Shown piece after piece: positions 47,005 through 56,908 of a DNA stretch of 64,000 bases. A program made the position numbers and the translations under genes. Under the pieces are notes generated by a model that saw nothing but the letters and a program-made list of their open reading frames with translations, made no database searches and was not told the origin of the DNA. The stretch spans positions 71,970-135,969 of the forward strand of contig CABMDC010000012.1 of the NCBI GenBank assembly GCA_902384795.1, written 5' to 3'. The DNA is from Candidatus Gugararchaeum adminiculabundum. GTDB taxonomy: Archaea; Micrarchaeota; Micrarchaeia; Burarchaeales; Gugararchaeaceae. Every line of letters begins with the position of its first letter. Position 1 is the stretch's first letter.

Positions 47005-47886
47005 ATGAAAAAGCTTTCTCCGGAAGAGGAGCGGATTATAGCCCATAAAGGCACTGAAAAGCCGTTTAGCGGCGAATATTGGGACTCTTTCAGGGCAGGG
47101 ATCTATTTTTGCAAAAGGTGCGGAGCCCCGCTCTATTGGTCAAAGGACAAATTCAAGTCTGACTGCGGCTGGCCTTCTTTTGATGAGGAAATAAACGGGG
47201 CAGTTAAAAGAAAAAAGGATGCGGACGGGATGCGCACGGAAATAATGTGCTCAAGATGCGGGGCGCATCTGGGGCATGTTTTCACTGGGGAAAAATTAAC
47301 TTCGAAAAACACGCGCCATTGCGTGAATTCGATTTCCATGGAATTTGTCCCTGAGGAGAAGATGAACGTGCAAACCATGGTCCTTGGAGGGGGCTGCTTC
47401 TGGTGCGTTGAGTCGGCGTTCTTGCTCGTTGACGGAGTGATTGAGGTGACCTCCGGCTATGCCGGAGGAAAAACCAAAAATCCGGCTTACAACGAAGTTT
47501 GCAGCGGGAAAACGGGCCATGCGGAAGTTGTGAAGCTGGCGTATGATGCTAAAAAAGTCTCGCTGGAAAAGCTGCTTAAAATATTCTTCAAAATACATGA
47601 TCCGACTTCCCCGAATAAGCAGGGGAATGATGTGGGGAACCAGTATAGGTCCGCGATATTTTACACAGAGGATTCGCAGAAAAAAGAGATAGAGGAATTT
47701 GTGAAAAACGCGCAAAAGGAGTATGAAAAGCCGATTGTTACTGAAGTGAGGAAGCTGGGCGAGTTCTATAAAGCTGAGGAATATCACCAGAGGTATTTCG
47801 AGAAGAACCCTCTTCATCCCTATTGCCTTCTTGCGATTCCGCCCAAAATCAGAAAAGTGAAGGAAATTCTGGGTAAAGAAAAGTAA
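47005..47886 (+). CDS. msrAB: bifunctional peptide-methionine sulfoxide reductase MsrB-MsrA fusion
   Basis: N-half has MsrB zinc motifs CKRCGAPLY...CGWPSF...CSRCGAHLGHVF. C-half has the MsrA active site GGGCFWCVE and GYAGG. Confidence 0.8.
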   Translation: MKKLSPEEERIIAHKGTEKPFSGEYWDSFRAGIYFCKRCGAPLYWSKDKFKSDCGWPSFDEEINGAVKRKKDADGMRTEIMCSRCGAHLGHVFTGEKLTSKNTRHCVNSISMEFVPEEKMNVQTMVLGGGCFWCVESAFLLVDGVIEVTSGYAGGKTKNPAYNEVCSGKTGHAEVVKLAYDAKKVSLEKLLKIFFKIHDPTSPNKQGNDVGNQYRSAIFYTEDSQKKEIEEFVKNAQKEYEKPIVTEVRKLGEFYKAEEYHQRYFEKNPLHPYCLLAIPPKIRKVKEILGKEK

Positions 47887-47930
47887 AAAAAGGAAACACA
47901 ACTTTAAAGTATGGATTGCTAAATTAGTCC

Positions 47931-49802
47931 ATGTCCAATCCAGATACAATGGATGTGCTGCAGAAAGCCGGCAAAAAAGTAGTGCTCCTTGGGAATGAGG
48001 CTGTTGTAAGAGGGGCGCTGGAAGCGGGCATGGGATTTAGTGCTTCCTACCCTGGGACTCCGAGCAGCGAAATAGGGATTACGCTGGCTGCTATTGCTGA
48101 CAAGGCCGGATTTTACTGCGAGTGGAGCACCAATGAAAAAACAGCTTTTGAGGCCTGTGTTGGAGCTGCCTATTGCGGGGTGCGGGCGCTAACCGCAATG
48201 AAGCATTTTGGGATGAATGTTGCGCTTGATTCTATTTTGCCAGTGGTTTATACGGGAGTAAAAGGCGGGCTGGTGCTGGTGATTGCCGATGACCCAGGGG
48301 GGTTCAGCAGCGCGCAGTCAGAGCAGGATGTGCGCTATGCTTTGAGAATGGGAAACCTGCCAACCATTGAGCCGTCCAATGCGCAAGAGTGCATTGAGTT
48401 TACGAAATTGGCATTTGAAATCAGCGAGAAATACGAAACTCCGGTGGTGCTAAGGACTACTACTTTTGTGAATCACTGCCTTGGGAGCGTGAAACTTGGC
48501 GCGATGAAGAAGCCGAGAACCCAGGGGAGATTTGAGAAGAATTACGAGAGATATTACAATATCAGGCCGGCGATCCAGAAAATGCACAGGGCTGTGCTGG
48601 AAAGGCTGGAGAGAATTGAGAAAGAGTGTGCCGGTAAACTGAACCGAGTTGAAGGAAGCGCTGGGGGGAAAAAGAAAGTTGGGATTGTGGCTGGCGGAGT
48701 CTGCTATGAGCATGTGAAAGAGCTTGGGCTAAAGGATGTGAAGATTGCAAAAATCGGGATGAGCTATCCGATTTCGCGCGAGTTTGTTGTGAAATTTTTG
48801 AAGGGGCTGGATGAGGCGATTGTTGTCGAGGAGCTTGAGCCTATAATTGAAAATTTTGTAAAACAGGTTGCAAAGGATGTGAATCTGGGATTGAAGGTGC
48901 ACGGGAAGGATATTTTGCCAAGGGTTGGCGAATTTTCCCCTGATTTGATTTACGAGAGGATTGCGCCTGTTCTTGGGCTGAAGAAAAAAGATTGGAAAGA
49001 GCAGGAGAAACTGCTGGCAGGGATAAAAATTCCGCCCAGAAAGCCTGTGCTCTGCCAGGGGTGCCCGCACAGATCTACTTTCTATGCCGTGAAAAAAACG
49101 CTTGGGGAAAATTTCGTCTGGGCAGGGGATATCGGCTGCTATATCCTGGGGATTTATGAGCCGTTCAAAATGCAGGATTTTGTGATTTCCATGGGAGCCG
49201 GGGCGGGGATTGCGCACGGAATTTGCAAAGTGAGCGGGCAGAAACCTGTTGTTTTCATGGGAGACGGGACATTTTTCCATGCCGGGATGCCGGCAATTGC
49301 AAACTTGGTGTACAATGATTCAAGGCCGCTGCTTGTGATTATGGATAACGGGATTACTGCCATGACCGGGCACCAGCCGCATGCAGGAATGGGAAAAAGA
49401 GCGGGTGGAAAAGATGCGCCTTCGATAAAGATTGAGGAAGTGCTGAAGGGATTTGGAATCAAGAATATTGCAATTGTGAATTCGTTTAATCAAAAACAGG
49501 TGCAGGAAACGGTGAAGGAATTTGCCAAAAAAGATGAGCTGGCTGTGATAATTTCGCGAGGGGGATGCAGGCTGCTTGCAAAAAGGGAAGCAAGAAGGAG
49601 CGGAAAGGATTTCCCGGTGTTTGAAATTGACCAGGCTAAATGCACCAAATGCGGCGAGTGTGTCATGCATTTTGCCTGCCCTGCAATTTTGAAAAAGGAT
49701 AATGGAACGTTTATGATTAACCCGGACTTGTGCTGGGGATGTTCGGTGTGCGGCCAGATTTGCCCTGCTAGAGCGATTAGAGCGAAAGTGAAAACGGTTT
49801 GA
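47931..49802 (+). CDS. iorA: indolepyruvate:ferredoxin oxidoreductase alpha subunit
   Basis: TPP-binding region GDIGCY...GAGAGIAHG...MGDGTFFHAG and C-terminal 2x[4Fe-4S] motifs CTKCGECVMHFACP and CWGCSVCGQICP. Confidence 0.8.
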   Translation: MSNPDTMDVLQKAGKKVVLLGNEAVVRGALEAGMGFSASYPGTPSSEIGITLAAIADKAGFYCEWSTNEKTAFEACVGAAYCGVRALTAMKHFGMNVALDSILPVVYTGVKGGLVLVIADDPGGFSSAQSEQDVRYALRMGNLPTIEPSNAQECIEFTKLAFEISEKYETPVVLRTTTFVNHCLGSVKLGAMKKPRTQGRFEKNYERYYNIRPAIQKMHRAVLERLERIEKECAGKLNRVEGSAGGKKKVGIVAGGVCYEHVKELGLKDVKIAKIGMSYPISREFVVKFLKGLDEAIVVEELEPIIENFVKQVAKDVNLGLKVHGKDILPRVGEFSPDLIYERIAPVLGLKKKDWKEQEKLLAGIKIPPRKPVLCQGCPHRSTFYAVKKTLGENFVWAGDIGCYILGIYEPFKMQDFVISMGAGAGIAHGICKVSGQKPVVFMGDGTFFHAGMPAIANLVYNDSRPLLVIMDNGITAMTGHQPHAGMGKRAGGKDAPSIKIEEVLKGFGIKNIAIVNSFNQKQVQETVKEFAKKDELAVIISRGGCRLLAKREARRSGKDFPVFEIDQAKCTKCGECVMHFACPAILKKDNGTFMINPDLCWGCSVCGQICPARAIRAKVKTV

Positions 49803-49851
49803 GAAGTTGATGGGGGATGAACGGTTTGAAAGAAAAAATGGTGAATAGAAA

Positions 49852-50448
49852 ATGAAATTTAATGTGTTGCTCACTGGAGTTGGCGGAGAAGGGGTTTTGC
49901 TAGCTTCGGCGATTCTTGCGCGGGCTGCAAACATTGAGGGGTACGAGGTGCATGGAATTCAGCTGCACGGGCTTGCGCAAAGAGGGGGGTCCATTCCGAC
50001 CTATGTGCGATTTGGGGATAAGGGGGGGATATACTCGCCGATTATTCCCCGAGGCGGGGCGGATTTGATTATTGGGCTGGAGACTATTGAAGCTGCAAGG
50101 AGCTGCTATTTTGCGGATAAGAAGAAAACGAATTTCCTGATTGACACTTATACGGTGGTGCCTGTTTATGCGAACCTTAGCGGAGTGAAATATCCGTCTG
50201 AAAAGGAAGTGGAAAAAATGATTGCCCCTTTTGCAAAGAGCATAACCATTGTGGACGCCTCGCGCCTGACCAAGGAGAAACTGGGAAGCGCGCTCTATGG
50301 GAATGCCATGGCTTTCGGGGTTGCGATTGGCAAGGGCCTTTTGCCCCTTAAAAGAAAGAGCCTGGAAAACGCGATGGCTGAGACTATTCCGCGGGATATG
50401 GAGAAGAACTTGCAGGCATTCAAGATGGGATTGGAATTCAGGGGCTAG
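49852..50448 (+). CDS. iorB: indolepyruvate:ferredoxin oxidoreductase beta subunit
   Basis: MKFNVLLTGVGGEGVLLAS...HGLAQRGGS matches the POR gamma-type domain, directly downstream of iorA. Confidence 0.75.
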   Translation: MKFNVLLTGVGGEGVLLASAILARAANIEGYEVHGIQLHGLAQRGGSIPTYVRFGDKGGIYSPIIPRGGADLIIGLETIEAARSCYFADKKKTNFLIDTYTVVPVYANLSGVKYPSEKEVEKMIAPFAKSITIVDASRLTKEKLGSALYGNAMAFGVAIGKGLLPLKRKSLENAMAETIPRDMEKNLQAFKMGLEFRG

Positions 50449-50464
50449 CAAAAAGCTGGGAGAA

Positions 50465-52174
50465 TTAGATTCCGCCACCTGACCTGTTGCTAACGAGCCA
50501 TTCGGCTGCGGTTTTTGCGTCCATTTGGAGCAGGTCAAGATATTCTTCGCGAATCCCCTGGAGGAGGATATCTTTGCTTATTGAGCCGTAGTGTTGGAGT
50601 TTGTTATTAACGAAGTCCAGAATAAGACGCACTGCCGGATGATTTTCTGGAGGTTCAGGAAACTCAAGCTCTGCGCTGTGCTGCACAAGGAAAGAGTGAA
50701 CATCCTGTTCCGTTTTAATGGGAAGTTGCGCATTTGCTTCAAGTGAGAGCAGATAAGTTTCAGCAGCTTCTTTGGACATGCACAACGCATCGCGGTATTG
50801 CATGGCGAGCGCGAAAACTTCCTGATCGGAGATGGTTGTTGTGCGACCATCCGTGTATTGGGCAGTGACCCAGTCGAGCATTTTCTTCACAGCCGGGTGT
50901 TCTTTTGCCAAATTAGTGATAGGAATACCTGTCTCGTCCCTGTGCAGCTGAAGCCATAGCACAATTCCCCCAGTGCCAGATGTTTGGGATATGGTTATGC
51001 TAGGCTGCGAGCCAACAATTTCGGGGTCAAAGGAAAAGTAAACAGTCTTGTTCTTGAACAGGCCGTCGGCGTGGAGTCCTGCCGAGGTGGCGAACGCGTT
51101 CGAACCCTGCAATGGGGTGTTGGAAGGGATTTGCGCGCCCATGCGTTTGTAGTACTCTGCTATCTCTCCGATTACTTCGAGCCTTATGTCGTTGCCCGGG
51201 CGAATCCTGCCGCCGAAAATGCGGAAATACTCCACAGCAAGAGCTTCTAGGTGCGTGTTGCCGGTCCTTTCCCCGAAACTAAGCAAGGAAGCATTGACTG
51301 CGCCGCAGCCATAAAGCCAGGCAGTGACCGCGTTTGCAAGTGCCCGGTGAAAGTCGTTATGGCCATGCCATTCCAGCTGCTTGGATGGGACACCTGCCTC
51401 ATATTGCAATACATGCATGAGTTTTGGAACGCTGATAGGCAGGACTGCCCTTGGTTCGAACGTTCCCACGCCCAGAGTGTCGCAGAGCCGGATTTTGATG
51501 GGCACCTTGGTTTCTTGCGCGCGTTCCATCAGCTTTTGAGCGAAGGGAACAATGAACCCATAAATGTCAGCGCGTGTGACATCTTCAAAATGGCATCTTG
51601 GGATTACACCGTTCTCCAGCGCCGCGTCCACAACGCTCAGGTATAGTTCGAGCGCCTCCTTCCGTGTGCGGGCTAGCTTGAGGAAAATGTGATAGTCGGA
51701 AGCTGAAGTGAGTATACCAGTTTCTTTCAGGCCCGCATCTTTTACAAACTGGAAGTCCTCGGGAACCGCCCGTATCCAGCCTGTCACTTCTGGATAGGCA
51801 TAGCCCAGCTCGAGGCATTTCGCAACCGCTTCCCTTTCGGGGTCCCTGTAAAGGAAGAACTCGGACTGCCTTATCAGCCCCCCAGACCCTCCGAGCTCGT
51901 GGAGGAGCTTGTAAATCTCCACTATGTCTTTGACAGCATAGGGTGGGCGCGCCTGCTGGCCGTCGCGGAAAGTGGTGTCTGTTATGAGCGGCTCTTCAGC
52001 GGGCAGGAACGGAACCGTCTTCCAGTCGAAAGATATTCTTGGAGGTTCGTTAAACGGAAAGAGCTCTAGGAACTTATTGGCTTCGGTAACATTAGTAACA
52101 TCAAGCTTTCCAACGTTCCTGTGGAATTTGCATCCATCGGGCACCTTGCGTGTGGTCGAACCAGTACCATTCAT
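50465..52174 (-). CDS. 2-isopropylmalate synthase / homocitrate synthase family protein (DRE-TIM metallolyase) with N-terminal extension
   Basis: TDTTFRDGQQ, HGHNDFHRALANAVTA and FGERTGNTHLEALA match the LeuA/CimA/NifV catalytic motifs. Confidence 0.65.
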   Translation of the reverse strand: MNGTGSTTRKVPDGCKFHRNVGKLDVTNVTEANKFLELFPFNEPPRISFDWKTVPFLPAEEPLITDTTFRDGQQARPPYAVKDIVEIYKLLHELGGSGGLIRQSEFFLYRDPEREAVAKCLELGYAYPEVTGWIRAVPEDFQFVKDAGLKETGILTSASDYHIFLKLARTRKEALELYLSVVDAALENGVIPRCHFEDVTRADIYGFIVPFAQKLMERAQETKVPIKIRLCDTLGVGTFEPRAVLPISVPKLMHVLQYEAGVPSKQLEWHGHNDFHRALANAVTAWLYGCGAVNASLLSFGERTGNTHLEALAVEYFRIFGGRIRPGNDIRLEVIGEIAEYYKRMGAQIPSNTPLQGSNAFATSAGLHADGLFKNKTVYFSFDPEIVGSQPSITISQTSGTGGIVLWLQLHRDETGIPITNLAKEHPAVKKMLDWVTAQYTDGRTTTISDQEVFALAMQYRDALCMSKEAAETYLLSLEANAQLPIKTEQDVHSFLVQHSAELEFPEPPENHPAVRLILDFVNNKLQHYGSISKDILLQGIREEYLDLLQMDAKTAAEWLVSNRSGGGI

Positions 52175-52289
52175 GAACCTACATTTGTTGTCAAAAGTAT
52201 TTAAAGCTTACAAAAACAGGGGGAGAGCGGGGGCTAACGCCGGGTATAAACAACGCGGACAGATGCCGGTTAACTGCGCCAGAAAAAAG

Positions 52290-52661
52290 TTATTCGTTGC
52301 CCAATCTTTCGCACCGCAAATCGATTCGCTTTTCTTCCCTGCCGACAATGGAGCCGTCGTTGCCGAACCCATAGGCGATTATGCGCACAGGATAGACTTC
52401 AGGGTAGGAGCGCGCGCTCCCGTAAATCTTGCATTTTTTCGTAAGCACTTCGCGGGGGCGCATGATGCCGACGCGCACGCGGCCCTTGGTAAGCTCGCGG
52501 TCCGGCGCAAGGGAAACCGCCTCGGGCACGATGATGTCGCACTCGCTCCAGATTATGTCGTTTGCTTCGTTCTCGAGCTCGATGGTGAGCTCTACCTCGT
52601 TGCGCACGAATGCGTTCAGCCTAAGCGGGTAAAACCTGTGATTAATCTGAAATAATGCCAT
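52290..52661 (-). CDS. hypothetical protein
   Basis: ORF; ATG at 52661 preferred over GTG 52787. Weak. Confidence 0.3.
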   Translation of the reverse strand: MALFQINHRFYPLRLNAFVRNEVELTIELENEANDIIWSECDIIVPEAVSLAPDRELTKGRVRVGIMRPREVLTKKCKIYGSARSYPEVYPVRIIAYGFGNDGSIVGREEKRIDLRCERLGNE

Positions 52662-52795
52662 GAATAAACTCCGGGTATAATGAGACGGGGGGTTATTTAA
52701 AAATGTAGGTGAGGTTTTGGCCGAATGCCGGGGGAGATTGCCCTCGGAAAAGAAAGTCTTTTCACCGGAATCCACCCCTTTCTCCACCTATTTAT

Positions 52796-53299
52796 ATGGG
52801 AAGCGCGGTAAGAGAAGTGAAGTTGAGATTGATGATACCTGAAGCGGCATACATAAGAAAGGAAAATACTGTGCGCGACATGCAGCTGCCCGGCGACGTG
52901 CTAATGACCAAGAGGTCGATTATGCGATGGCTCGCGCTGGCGCTCGGCCTGGTTTCTCCCAAGGAAAGCAGGCAGTTGATGCTCTATGTTTTCGAATCGC
53001 TGGTGAACTTCCATCTTAAGAAAAAGAGCCCGGATATCCATGAGATCGTGGCCCAGGTGAAAAAGAGCACTGGCAAAAAATCCAGTGAGAACGAGGAAAC
53101 CCTGACCAAGGCGGTTAGGTATCATTTGAACTATTTGCAGAAGCAGGGGATTATTGAAAGGGAAAAGGGAGCTTACAGGTTTGTGGTGCCTTCCATGAGC
53201 GAGGACGATGATTTGGCAAGCTGTTTGGAGCAGGCGTATGTGAATAATGTTAACTCTGCTTTTCAGAAAATCAAAAAGGCGCTGAAGGCATATGAATAG
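52796..53299 (+). CDS. hypothetical protein (possible small wHTH regulator)
   Basis: ORF track gives 52709; in-frame ATG at 52796 avoids overlap with the divergent gene. Weak. Confidence 0.35.
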   Translation: MGSAVREVKLRLMIPEAAYIRKENTVRDMQLPGDVLMTKRSIMRWLALALGLVSPKESRQLMLYVFESLVNFHLKKKSPDIHEIVAQVKKSTGKKSSENEETLTKAVRYHLNYLQKQGIIEREKGAYRFVVPSMSEDDDLASCLEQAYVNNVNSAFQKIKKALKAYE

Positions 53300-53416
53300 A
53301 TGAAACGCGCGTAAATGGGGGAGGGTCAGGAGGAGCCTGAAACTGGGGAGGGGTGCTCCCCTCCGCGGTTCGGGAAAGCGATTAAAGCTTACGAATAGGA
53401 ATATTCTGCTGTTGGG

Positions 53417-56101
53417 ATGGAGTTTATGGCTAGAATAGAGGAGCTAATTAAAGAGAGATTTTCGGGCTACACGGACATTCAGAAGCTCGCCATACCTGTG
53501 GTTTCGTCTGGGAAAAATACGCTGATTATTGCGCCCACGGGATTTGGGAAAACAGAGGCGGCAATTTTGCCGGTTCTCGCAAAATTGGAGAGCAAGAATG
53601 GGGAGCCGGGAATCCAGGCACTGTACATTACTCCGACCAAGAGTTTGAACCGGGACATGATGGAAAGAATGACCTGGTGGTGCAAGGAGCTGAAAATCGC
53701 CCTCGCAGTGAGGCACGGGGACACGAGCCAGAGTGAGAGGCTGAAGCAGTCGAAAACCCCGCCCCAATTGTTGATTACCACTCCTGAAACTTTGCAGTCC
53801 CTGCTTGCTGCGAAAAAAGCAGGAGCTGGATTGAAGAATGTGAAATATGTGATTGTGGATGAGATTCACGAGCTGTTTGATTCCAAAAGAGGGGCGCAGT
53901 TTTCCATTGCCCTGGAAAGGCTGAATGAAAGGGCTGAATTCCAGAGGATTGGAATTTCAGCGACCGTGGGAGAGAAGACTTCCATGGCGCAGTTTTTGTG
54001 CTCAAAAAGAATGTGCGAAATCATTTCACTTTCAAAGTATAGGGAGCTGGAAATCAAGGTCGAGAATCCCAGGGCGAATGAGGATGATGCGGAGCTTGCG
54101 AAAGAATTATTTTTGGATGGGAAAGCGGTTGCAAGGATGAAAAGGATCAAGGAGCTTGTTGAGGAAGAGAAGACGCTGATTTTTGTTAATACAAGGCAGA
54201 TTGCCGAAACTCTGGCAAACAGGCTGCTGATTTTGCGTGCGAATGTGGCAATCCACCACGGGTCGCTTGCGCGCGAAATCAGGATTGCTGCCGAGGAGAA
54301 TTTCAAGAAAGGGAAAACCCAGGGGCTGGTTTGCACAAGCTCGCTGGAACTGGGGATTGACATTGGCGATGTGGAAAAGGTTGTGCAGTACATGAGCCCG
54401 CGCCAGGTGGCAAGGATGCTGCAAAGGGTCGGAAGAAGCGGGCATTCTGCCGAGAGAATTGCAAAAGCGGTTGTGATCACTTCCGATGACGAGGATAAAC
54501 TGGAGGCCGAAGTGATTGCCGAAATGGCAAAGGAGGGATTGGTGGAAAGGGAAGAGCCGCACAGGAATGCGCTGGATGTGCTTGCGCACCAAGTATGTGG
54601 AATTTTGCTTGAGAAGGGAAATGAGCAGGGAGAAGAGGCGGGGAACACAGGAGAAAGGAGCGGAACAACTTTTGATTATGTCTATTCACTGGTTACGCGC
54701 GCTTACAATTTTTCAGGCCTGCCAAAAGAGGAATTGGAAAAGGTGCTTCAGCAGTTGCATCTGGAAAGAATCATCGGCTACTCTGGAATGCAGGCTGGCG
54801 GGCAGATTCGGGGGACAGGCAGAACACGGGAATATTACTACTCACATTTGAGCACGATTCCAAGCCAGAAAAGAATGGCGATTAGAAATGCTGCCACAAA
54901 TTCGCTCGTGGCTTCACTGGATGAGGCGTTTGCAAGCACCCTGGAAAAAGGAGTGCTTTTCATAAGCAAAGGAATCCCCTGGAAAGTGCTGGATATGTTT
55001 GAGGATGAGATAATTGTCGAGCCCGCTGAAACACATTCGCTCGCAGTGCCGGACTGGACCGGGGAAGAAATCCCGGTTAGCTTTAATGTGGCGCAGAGAG
55101 TCGCGGGAAGAAGGGAGAAAGTGCAGACACCGATGCCTAGGGAGAAACTGGCTGTGATTGAATCCTGCGAAGAGGTCATTGTGATTCATCTGCATGCGGG
55201 AAATCGGATCAATGAAACAATTGCAAGGGTGCTGGGCGAGATTTTCACAACCAGGTTCGGGGCGAGCGTGTTTGTTTCCAGCGACCAGTACAGGATTGTG
55301 GCAAGGATGCCAAGGCCGACCAAGGCAGAGTGGGTGAAGCAGGCACTGCTGGAAACATTTGACATTTCTGGAACTTTGAGAAATTTTGTTCCGACCACTT
55401 CGCTTTTCAGGTTTAAGCTGACCCATGTGGCGCGCGCATTCGGCCTGCTTGGTGACGACGGAAAAATGACGCGCAAGCTGGCCGAGATGCTCAAGGGAAC
55501 TCCTGTTTTTGACGAGGCTATGAGAACCTTCTTTTTGGATTATTTGGATGTGGAAGGGGCGCAGAAAATTTTGGGAGAAATGAGGGGAGGGAAGATTGAG
55601 GTTGAAACGATTAATGTGGGAAAATTAACGCCTTTGGGAAGAAAGGGGGTTGATGCGGTTAGCGCGAGTGAATTAATTGCACCGGTGGAACCGAGCAGTG
55701 AAATTGTCAAGGCGTTCAAAAACGGGATTATGGAGGAGAACATCAGGTTTGTTTGCACCTATTGCGGGAAATATTTCTACAGGAAGATTTCAAAAATTGG
55801 CGCAAAGGAGAAACTGAAATGTGAGCACTGCAATAGCCCGATGGTTGCTGTGCTGAATAAGAAGAACAGGGATTTGAATGAGAAAGAGACCAAGAAACAG
55901 AAGAAGGAGCTTCTGAAAATTGCGAGCCTGGTTGATGCCTATGGAAAAAGGGCGGTTATTGCCCTGAGCGCCTATGGGGTCGGGGTGGATGGCGCCACCC
56001 GGATTCTGCAAAGGCTGCACAGGGATGAGGATTACCTTTTCGTGGACTTGCTTGAGGCGCAGAAGCAATTTATAAGGACGAAGAAATATTGGAGTGCATA
56101 A
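53417..56101 (+). CDS. Lhr-like ATP-dependent DExH-box helicase with C-terminal zinc ribbon
   Basis: Motif I APTGFGKTE, Ia YITPTKSLNRD, II VDEIHEL, VI QRVGRSGH. C-terminal CTYCGKYF...CEHCNSP is a Cys4 ribbon. Confidence 0.65.
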   Translation: MEFMARIEELIKERFSGYTDIQKLAIPVVSSGKNTLIIAPTGFGKTEAAILPVLAKLESKNGEPGIQALYITPTKSLNRDMMERMTWWCKELKIALAVRHGDTSQSERLKQSKTPPQLLITTPETLQSLLAAKKAGAGLKNVKYVIVDEIHELFDSKRGAQFSIALERLNERAEFQRIGISATVGEKTSMAQFLCSKRMCEIISLSKYRELEIKVENPRANEDDAELAKELFLDGKAVARMKRIKELVEEEKTLIFVNTRQIAETLANRLLILRANVAIHHGSLAREIRIAAEENFKKGKTQGLVCTSSLELGIDIGDVEKVVQYMSPRQVARMLQRVGRSGHSAERIAKAVVITSDDEDKLEAEVIAEMAKEGLVEREEPHRNALDVLAHQVCGILLEKGNEQGEEAGNTGERSGTTFDYVYSLVTRAYNFSGLPKEELEKVLQQLHLERIIGYSGMQAGGQIRGTGRTREYYYSHLSTIPSQKRMAIRNAATNSLVASLDEAFASTLEKGVLFISKGIPWKVLDMFEDEIIVEPAETHSLAVPDWTGEEIPVSFNVAQRVAGRREKVQTPMPREKLAVIESCEEVIVIHLHAGNRINETIARVLGEIFTTRFGASVFVSSDQYRIVARMPRPTKAEWVKQALLETFDISGTLRNFVPTTSLFRFKLTHVARAFGLLGDDGKMTRKLAEMLKGTPVFDEAMRTFFLDYLDVEGAQKILGEMRGGKIEVETINVGKLTPLGRKGVDAVSASELIAPVEPSSEIVKAFKNGIMEENIRFVCTYCGKYFYRKISKIGAKEKLKCEHCNSPMVAVLNKKNRDLNEKETKKQKKELLKIASLVDAYGKRAVIALSAYGVGVDGATRILQRLHRDEDYLFVDLLEAQKQFIRTKKYWSA

Positions 56102-56132
56102 ATGAGCGGATGGAATAGCGAAATGAGATTGC

Positions 56133-56906
56133 ATGGTGAAATGTATGCCCATAATATTTTACTCAAAACTGGATCTTGCCGGGACCAATATTGTCAAATT
56201 TCTCAGGGAGAATTTCAGCTTCAAAAATGCGGAAATCGTGGAGCTGGAAAAGGAATCGATCAGGAGCGACGAGATCGTTGCGAAATATGAGAGCGACTTT
56301 TTTGTTTTTGCAAGCAGGCACAAAAGCGAAACAGGCAAACCTTCTTTTACTGTTCATGTGCCTGGGAATTGGGCAAAAGCCGAGGCGGGTGGAAGGGAGA
56401 AAAATGTGAGCTGGAGCTATGGGAGCCTGATGAAGGATGCGCTGCTGGCGCTGGGGAGATTGAATTCCTTGCCAGTGTTTATGGAAGCTGACCACCACGG
56501 GCCGTTCTGCAAATGCCCTGCCATGTTCTTTGAAATCGGAAGCAGCGAAAGGGAGTGGAAGGATGAGAAACTGGGAATGCAGGCGGCCTGGGCGCTGAAT
56601 GAAATTATGGGCGTGAAACCTGGAGCGAGGAAAAAGTACGCGAATGTTTTTGGAGTTGGCGGCGGGCACTATTGCCCTACTTTTACCAGAAGGATGCTGG
56701 ATGAGGAGAATGGGGTGGCTGTGGCGCATGTGCTGCAGAAATATTATGTTGATGAGATAACTCCGGAGATATTCGGCCAGGGGATTGAAAGGAGCAGGGA
56801 GAAAATTGAAAGGGTGGAGATAGACTGGAAAGGGCTGACGGCGCCCCAGAGAGAAAAAGTGCAGAGGATGTGCAAAGATTTAAATGTGGAAATTGAACGA
56901 TTATAG
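56133..56906 (+). CDS. dtdA: D-aminoacyl-tRNA deacylase, archaeal type
   Basis: FASRHKSETGKPSFTVHVPGNW, EADHHGP, FFEIGSSEREW and GVGGGHY match the archaeal DtdA family. Confidence 0.75.
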   Translation: MVKCMPIIFYSKLDLAGTNIVKFLRENFSFKNAEIVELEKESIRSDEIVAKYESDFFVFASRHKSETGKPSFTVHVPGNWAKAEAGGREKNVSWSYGSLMKDALLALGRLNSLPVFMEADHHGPFCKCPAMFFEIGSSEREWKDEKLGMQAAWALNEIMGVKPGARKKYANVFGVGGGHYCPTFTRRMLDEENGVAVAHVLQKYYVDEITPEIFGQGIERSREKIERVEIDWKGLTAPQREKVQRMCKDLNVEIERL

Positions 56907-56908
56907 CT

